NCBI RefSeq assembly: GCF_000284115.1
Contig: NC_017080.1
Location: forward strand, 1,740,001-1,772,000
Direction of reading: 5' to 3'
DNA: 32,000 bases
DNA from: Phycisphaera mikurensis NBRC 102666
Lineage (GTDB): Bacteria > Planctomycetota > Phycisphaerae > Phycisphaerales > Phycisphaeraceae
Shown: positions 27,088 to 32,000 of the stretch, piece by piece
How the letters are laid out: each line of letters opens with the position of its first letter
How positions within the stretch are numbered: position 1 is the stretch's first letter
Notes under the pieces: model-generated
Database searches by the model: none
The model's input: the letters and a program-made list of their open reading frames with translations, nothing else
Told to the model about the DNA's origin: nothing
Made by a program: the position numbers and the translations under genes

Positions 27088-27133
27088 CCGCGGACCGGCG
27101 GGCGTGGCGGGCCGAGACAGCCGCGGTCCGCGG
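27088..27133. repeat. 46-bp dyad element, copy d: ccgcggaccg-N26-cggtccgcgg
   Basis: Left arm 27088-27097, right arm 27124-27133, perfect. In the leader of the glycosyltransferase gene; ATG at 27146. Confidence 0.85.
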
Positions 27134-27145
27134 AATCCTCCCCCC

Positions 27146-28432
27146 ATGCTTCCCCTCCCGCTGCAGCTCGTGGCCGCCGCGGTCCTCGCGGGCTGGTGCC
27201 TCCAGGCGCTGCTGGGGGCAATGCAGGTCCGCCGGTTCAGCAAGCGGCTGCGCCGCGGGGAGCGGCCCAGCTACGCGGCGTTCCGGCCCGAGGCCTGGGT
27301 GGTCGTGCCGTTCAAGGGGGTCGACGACGAGGGCGTCGCGAACCTGCACGCGCTCTTCCAACAGGACTACGGCGACTACCGCCTGCTCCTCGCGGTCGAG
27401 TCGGAGGAGGATCCGGCGTTCCGGCTTCTCAACGAGGAGCGGGCGAAGTTCCCGCGGATCCGCTCGGAGGTCGTCGTCGCCGGCCCCGCGCCACCGTTCC
27501 GTGGGCAGAAGGTGCACAACCAGCTCGCGGCCCTGCGGCACGCCCTCGCGGGCGAGGGGCTCGACGGCCCCCGGCCCGCGCCGCCGCGCTACCGCGACGA
27601 GCGGGCGTGGGTATTCGCCGACTCCGACGCCGCGGCCAACCCCGCCTGGCTGGGGAACCTCGTCGGGCCGCTGTCGCAGCGGGACAAGAACGCCGTCACC
27701 ACCGGCTACCGCTGGCTGGTGCCCGCCCGCGGCCCCGGCGGTCGCTTCCGCTGGGGCGGCCGCATCGCCAGCGTCATCAATGGCCAGGTCGCGACCTTCG
27801 CCTCGCTGGAGCGGGCGGCCTTCGCCTGGGGCGGGTCGATGGCGATCCTGGAGGGCACGGCCGAGGCCGGCGGCCTGCTGGAGCGGTGGGAGCGTGCTCT
27901 CTCCGACGACTTCCAGGTCACCGCCGTCGCCCGCTCGCTCGGCCGGCGCATCCTCTTCTTGCCCGAGTGCCTCGTCGAGTCGCCCGTGGACATGCCGCTG
28001 CGGAGCCTTCTCGAGTTCTCGCGCCGGCAGTACCTCATCACGCGCGTGCACGCGCCGCGGTTCTTCTACGCGGTGGTCGCCGCGGTGGGCTTCTACGTGT
28101 TCGCCGCGGCTTCGGCGTGGCTGCTGCTGCTCGCGGCGCCCTGGCACCGGGTGGGGTGGCTCGCGGCCGGCGCGGCCGCCGCGCTGCTCTTCGTGGCGGG
28201 CGCCAACCGGGTGCGGGCCGCCGCCCGGCGGCGCGTGGTGCGCGGCCTCTTCGGGCAGCAGACCGCCGAGCGGCTCGCGCCGGCGCTCCGCCTGGACCGC
28301 TGGGCGACCACCGCGGTGATGGCTCTCAACCTCGTGCTGCTCCTCCGCGGCTGCGTCGGCCGCACGATCCGCTGGCGCGGCCACGGCTACCGGCTTCGGG
28401 GGCCGATGGAGATCGAGCGGCTCTCTGCTTGA
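27146..28432 (+). CDS. Membrane glycosyltransferase family 2-type
   Basis: AWVVVPFKGVDDEGVANLHALFQQDYGDYRLLLAVES, AWVFADSDAAANPAWL, FAWGGSMAIL, ERALSDDFQVTAVARSLG, SRRQYLITRV; C-terminal TM segments. Confidence 0.83.
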   Translation: MLPLPLQLVAAAVLAGWCLQALLGAMQVRRFSKRLRRGERPSYAAFRPEAWVVVPFKGVDDEGVANLHALFQQDYGDYRLLLAVESEEDPAFRLLNEERAKFPRIRSEVVVAGPAPPFRGQKVHNQLAALRHALAGEGLDGPRPAPPRYRDERAWVFADSDAAANPAWLGNLVGPLSQRDKNAVTTGYRWLVPARGPGGRFRWGGRIASVINGQVATFASLERAAFAWGGSMAILEGTAEAGGLLERWERALSDDFQVTAVARSLGRRILFLPECLVESPVDMPLRSLLEFSRRQYLITRVHAPRFFYAVVAAVGFYVFAAASAWLLLLAAPWHRVGWLAAGAAAALLFVAGANRVRAAARRRVVRGLFGQQTAERLAPALRLDRWATTAVMALNLVLLLRGCVGRTIRWRGHGYRLRGPMEIERLSA

Positions 28433-28507
28433 TTGGCCCGGAGCATCGGGTGCCCCCCCCGGCCGGGTTGGTCCTCGTCTCCGCCGGAACGTACTCGCGG
28501 ACGCGGA

Positions 28508-29404
28508 TCAGCCCGCGTCCGCGGTCGGCGCCGGCCCGTCCAGCAGCGAAGGGGCGGCGGGCGCTTCGGGCAGGGCGTCGGTGTCGAAGAACACCACGAA
28601 GCCCGCGGGCAGCTTCTCCTGGTCGTTCTCGATCTCGAAGAGGCAGCGGAACGTGCGGCTGGCGGAATCGATGACCGGGTCGATCGCGATCAGCCGCCCG
28701 GGGATGGTCTCGCGGGAGATCACGAAATCGGGCTCGAGCGGGTACACCTCGCCGACCTTCAGGCGGCCGAACATCTCGATGGGCAGGTAGACGCGGGCGA
28801 GCAGGGGATCGAGGCTCACCAGCGAGAGGATCTCCTGGCCCCGCTGCAGGTTGGTGCCGGGCTCGACGTGCCGACGCGTGACCCGCCCGTCGAAGGGGCT
28901 GCGGACGCGGTGGCGGTGGAGCATCTCTTCCTGCAGCCGCAGCTCGGTCATGGCGAGCTTCCGCTGGTCCTCGGCGTCCTGGAGGCGGGCGGCGGCCTGG
29001 TCCCGCTGGAGCCGGGCCTGGCGCACCTCCCACTCGTTGGCGGCGCTGCCGGCCATGGCGTCTTCCTTCCGCGCGAGGATGATCTCCTGCTCGGCGAGCA
29101 CGGCGGAGGCTTCCGCGATGGGGGCCTCGGCCTCGGCGCGCAGCCTGGCCTTCTCCACCTCCACCGCCTGGAGCCGGTCGTCCATGAGCACGACGGCCTC
29201 GCCCTCGGGCACGCGATCGCCCTCCTGGTACGGCAGCTCGGCGACGATGGCGTCCAGCGGCGAGCCCAGCGTGACCTCGCGGCCGGGATCAACCAGGCCC
29301 TGCACCCGCTCGGCCGCGGCGGGACCCACGAGCCACATCGCGCCCGCCGCGCACGCGAGCAGCGGGAGCGCCAGAACCGGAGGTGAGCACGGACGCCGGA
29401 TCAC
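28508..29404 (-). CDS. HlyD/RND-type periplasmic adaptor protein
   Basis: GTG start at 29404. LGSPLDAIVAELPYQEGDRVPEGEAVVLMDDRLQAVEVEKARLRAEAEA, coiled coil, RHRVRSPFDGRVTRRHVEPGTNLQRGQEILSLVSLDPLLARVYLP. Confidence 0.8.
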   Translation of the reverse strand: MIRRPCSPPVLALPLLACAAGAMWLVGPAAAERVQGLVDPGREVTLGSPLDAIVAELPYQEGDRVPEGEAVVLMDDRLQAVEVEKARLRAEAEAPIAEASAVLAEQEIILARKEDAMAGSAANEWEVRQARLQRDQAAARLQDAEDQRKLAMTELRLQEEMLHRHRVRSPFDGRVTRRHVEPGTNLQRGQEILSLVSLDPLLARVYLPIEMFGRLKVGEVYPLEPDFVISRETIPGRLIAIDPVIDSASRTFRCLFEIENDQEKLPAGFVVFFDTDALPEAPAAPSLLDGPAPTADAG

Positions 29405-29808
29405 TGGACCTCCCGCCCGCCGGTGGCGATCTCGCCGTGGCGTCGCTCGTGGTCGCGGAGGATCCGCGTCAGCTCCAGCGTCAGCATCTTCGCGGTGCGG
29501 TAGGACATCACCGAGCGCTGCAGCCACTCCAGCTCGACCGCCCCGGCCACGCCCTCGGCGGCGTCGGGGCCGTTGGGGTCGAGCTTCACGAGGTTGAAGC
29601 CCATGTCGACGACCAGCTCCTCGCCGCTGGCGTGCGTGCGGAAGGCGTTGACGTAGGCCCGGCCGATGCCGTCCTCACGCTGCACGAGGCGGAGCCGCTG
29701 CCCGGCCGGCTCCTCCGACCCGGCGACGCCGTTGGCGGAGGGATCGGGTTCGGTTCCCTCGAAGCCGTGCGTGGCTTCGGCGTCCTGGTTTTCTTCTTGT
29801 TCGCTCAT
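29401..29808 (-). CDS. DUF3467-like protein
   Basis: MSEQEENQDAEATHG...GIGRAYVNAFRTHASGEELVVDMGFNLVKLD...LQRSVMSYRTAKMLTLELTRILRDHERRHGEI. Stop overlaps the next start (GTGA). Confidence 0.6.
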   Translation of the reverse strand: MSEQEENQDAEATHGFEGTEPDPSANGVAGSEEPAGQRLRLVQREDGIGRAYVNAFRTHASGEELVVDMGFNLVKLDPNGPDAAEGVAGAVELEWLQRSVMSYRTAKMLTLELTRILRDHERRHGEIATGGREVQ

Positions 29809-29884
29809 GGTCGTTCCGGGGCCGGTGCCCGCTTGGATCCCGCCGGAGCAAGCTAGCGGGCCGCCCCGCCGGGCACACGGGGCG

Positions 29885-30736
29885 CTAGCGGTCGTCTGCA
29901 ACCGACCAGCCCGGCCCGGCGGGCGGGGTGGTGTCGAAGAGGCCCGGCTCGAAGCCGTCGACGGCGGCGGGGCGGAGCAGGTCGACCGCCTGGGTGTCGC
30001 CGCCGTCGCGGCCGGTGGCGCCCCGCAGCGGGAGGCCGGTGGCGGGGTCGAACCACACGTCCAGCGGGTCGGCCGGCCGGCCGTCCTCGCGTGCTTCGCG
30101 GGGGAACAGCCGCAGGTGGACCGGCGGGTCGGCGGCCGGGTCGGCTCCGGGCAGGGCGGGCGGCAGCGACTCGGCGGGGGCGTCGGCGTCGTCGACGAGC
30201 TCGACCCGGTAGAGCCGCTGCAGCTCCGCGGCGTCGACCCGCAGCGGGATCGGGAGCGTCCGCGTCAGGTCCTCGCCGCCGCCGACCTCCCGCAGACGCA
30301 CGCGGCGCAGGCCGCGGTCGACGTCGAGCAGCCGCTGCCCGTCCCAGATCAGCGAGCGGTCCAGCTCACGCAGCGTGCCGTCGACGGCCTCGCCGTCGAG
30401 ATCGATGCGGAAGCGGTCGACCGCCACGCCGCCCGCGGGATCGCTCGCCTGCCGGAGCCGGCCGAAGCGGACCTGCGCGTCGCCGAGGAGGCCCTGGACG
30501 GTGGTGTAGCGCAGCCGCGCGTCGAGGCCGCCGCGGCCGCGAGCCGCCGCCTCGAGGCGGTGGAGCCAGCCGGCGGCGGAGGCTTCTGCGTCGGCGGCGG
30601 CCTCCGCCGCCGCGGGCGGGCCGTCCGCCGCGGGCGAGGCGGCGGCCGCGTTGGGCAGGACCGCCGCGGCGAGGACCGCCCACGCCAGGGCACGCCGGCT
30701 CACCGCCTCGGGTCCGGGATCTCCGCGTCGAGCCAT
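29885..30736 (-). CDS. LolA-like outer-membrane lipoprotein carrier/exported hypothetical protein
   Basis: SRRALAWAVLAAAVLPNAAAA signal, GLDARLRYTTVQGLLGDAQVRFGRL, IDLDGEAVDGTLRELDRSLIWDGQRLLDVDR, PLDVWFDPATGLPLRG. Confidence 0.55.
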   Translation of the reverse strand: MARRGDPGPEAVSRRALAWAVLAAAVLPNAAAASPAADGPPAAAEAAADAEASAAGWLHRLEAAARGRGGLDARLRYTTVQGLLGDAQVRFGRLRQASDPAGGVAVDRFRIDLDGEAVDGTLRELDRSLIWDGQRLLDVDRGLRRVRLREVGGGEDLTRTLPIPLRVDAAELQRLYRVELVDDADAPAESLPPALPGADPAADPPVHLRLFPREAREDGRPADPLDVWFDPATGLPLRGATGRDGGDTQAVDLLRPAAVDGFEPGLFDTTPPAGPGWSVADDR

Positions 30737-31135
30737 GACCCCGCTACGGCCGCGGAGTTCGCGGAGTTCGCCGGTGCCGGAGCCGCCCGCCGCAGCGGCC
30801 CGCCGTCGGCACCGGCCGGCTGGCGGCTGAGGTTCTGCCCCACCGGCAGGAGCAACGGGAGCATGAAGACGGCCACCTTCACCCGGAATCCGCTGGGGCG
30901 GCGCAGCCGCAGCGGGGCGGGAAGCAAGAGCAGGCGGCGGCCGGTCATCGACGCAGCGTAACCGGCTGAACCGCTTTCATCCTCACGACCCGGCCACGCC
31001 GGCCCGCCGGCTCCCGGAGCGGAAGGGTCCGGCCGCGGTGCGCTCGCCCTACGCTCGCGGCCGCACCCGCCGTCGGAGCCCCGGCGATCCGCCCCGCGCG
31101 ACCCCGTGCCGACGAGTCCTCCCCCGATCCAGCGC

Positions 31136-32000
31136 GTGCGGTGGCGTCCGTGCCCGGCGGTGGTCGCCGCGTGGCTGCTCGTCCTGCTCACGCTGGCGCT
31201 GCCCGGCGGGTCGGTCCTCGCCCAGCCCGCGACCCCGCTGCAGGTCTACCGCAGCGCCCACTACCGCGTCTTCACCGACCTCTCCCGCGCCGAGGCGGAG
31301 GGCTACGGCCGGCACATGGATCTGGTCCACCGCTCGTACGAGCGGTTCCTGCGCCGGCTCCGTGGCGACGCAGGGGCCCCGCAGGCCCTCTATCTGCTGA
31401 AGGATCGGGCCTCGTACCTCCGCACGCTCGCCTTCTTCGGCATCGACGGCTCGGCCTCGGGCGGGATGTTCTTCTACGGACCCCGCGGCTCGGGCCTGGC
31501 GACCTGGGTGGGCGACCGGCCGCGGGGCGAGGTGCTGCGGACGCTGCAGCACGAGGGCTTCCACCAGTTTGCGCGGCTGAAGGCGGGCGACGGGCTGCCG
31601 ATCTGGGTCAACGAGGGCCTGGCCGAGTACTTCGGGGACGCGGTCCTGGTCGAGGGCGGGGTGCGGCACGGCATCGTCGATGCCGACCGCCTGCAGCGGC
31701 TCCGCACCGCCCGCGACGCGGGCGCCACGCTGCCGCTGGCGGTCCTGTTGGGCCTGGATCCGGAGCGTTGGCGCCTGAATCTGACCAGCGGCTCGCCCCG
31801 CGGCCCGCTGCAGTACGACCAGGCCTGGTCGGCCGTGCAGTTCCTCATCCACGGCGATCCGCGGGTGGAGGAGGCGTTCTCCGACTACCTCGTCGCCCTC
31901 AGCGAGGGCGTCCCGCACGAGGAGGCGTTTCCCTCGGCGTTCGGCTCGGACCCCAGGCCGATGCAGGCGGCGTACCTGCGCTACCTCGCGGCGTTGCGGC
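31136..32000 (+). CDS. Secreted DUF1570-like putative metallopeptidase; 3' end outside window
   Basis: Read directly because the ORF track omits it: (V/M)RWRPCPAVVAAWLLVLLTLALPGGSVLAQPATPLQVYRSAHYRVFTDLSRAEAEGYGRHMD, zinc motif QHEGFHQFARLKAGDGLPIWVNEGLAEYFGD; open to the window end. Confidence 0.75.
   Translation, partial: MRWRPCPAVVAAWLLVLLTLALPGGSVLAQPATPLQVYRSAHYRVFTDLSRAEAEGYGRHMDLVHRSYERFLRRLRGDAGAPQALYLLKDRASYLRTLAFFGIDGSASGGMFFYGPRGSGLATWVGDRPRGEVLRTLQHEGFHQFARLKAGDGLPIWVNEGLAEYFGDAVLVEGGVRHGIVDADRLQRLRTARDAGATLPLAVLLGLDPERWRLNLTSGSPRGPLQYDQAWSAVQFLIHGDPRVEEAFSDYLVALSEGVPHEEAFPSAFGSDPRPMQAAYLRYLAALR

Noticed and set aside
28452-28460. C8 homopolymer after the glycosyltransferase gene
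   Set aside because: Short G/C runs are expected at this base composition and no phase-variable gene is affected.
30700-30948. Possible 82-aa minus-strand ORF (MTGRRLLLLPAPLRLRRPSGFRVKVAVFMLPLLLPVGQ...)
   Set aside because: It overlaps the LolA-like gene start, has weak composition support and no recognisable domain; insufficient evidence.
1-32000. Search for CRISPR arrays, tRNA/rRNA genes, transposases, integrases, toxin-antitoxin or phage-defence modules
   Set aside because: None could be recognised. The gene content is mostly core and envelope functions.

Overview
This is a roughly 73% GC chromosomal window. Its gene content and style (small zinc-ribbon protein with 'CAACGYDLIGLPGSGRCPECG', DUF1570-like, DUF3467-like and DUF4139-like genes, futalosine menaquinone pathway) suggest a planctomycete, perhaps a Phycisphaera relative; that placement is inference. 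I support about 23 protein genes: the 3' end of mqnC, a DUF4139-type secreted protein, a Tat-signal aldo/keto reductase, two divergently transcribed RND efflux loci (MFP+RND+TolC on minus, MFP+RND on plus), an agarase-like glycoside hydrolase, a coupled kdtA-proB-GNAT run, an MGS-like/amidohydrolase fusion, a TVGYGD ion channel, a cluster of small exported proteins, plsY, gpmI, a family 2 glycosyltransferase, a coupled LolA-like/DUF3467/periplasmic-adaptor run, and a DUF1570-like gene that runs off the right edge. No rRNA, tRNA, CRISPR array or transposase was recognised. Most very long ORFs in the supplied track are antisense or shadow ORFs typical of very high GC DNA. The main non-genic observation is a dispersed 46-bp dyad, CCGCGGACCG-N26-CGGTCCGCGG. 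It occurs five times with perfect 10-bp arms and a sixth time with one mismatch, always with exactly 26 nt between arms, in intergenic, gene-end and intragenic positions. A separate 132-bp imperfect palindrome with AT-rich 15-bp perfect terminal inverted repeats lies downstream of plsY.
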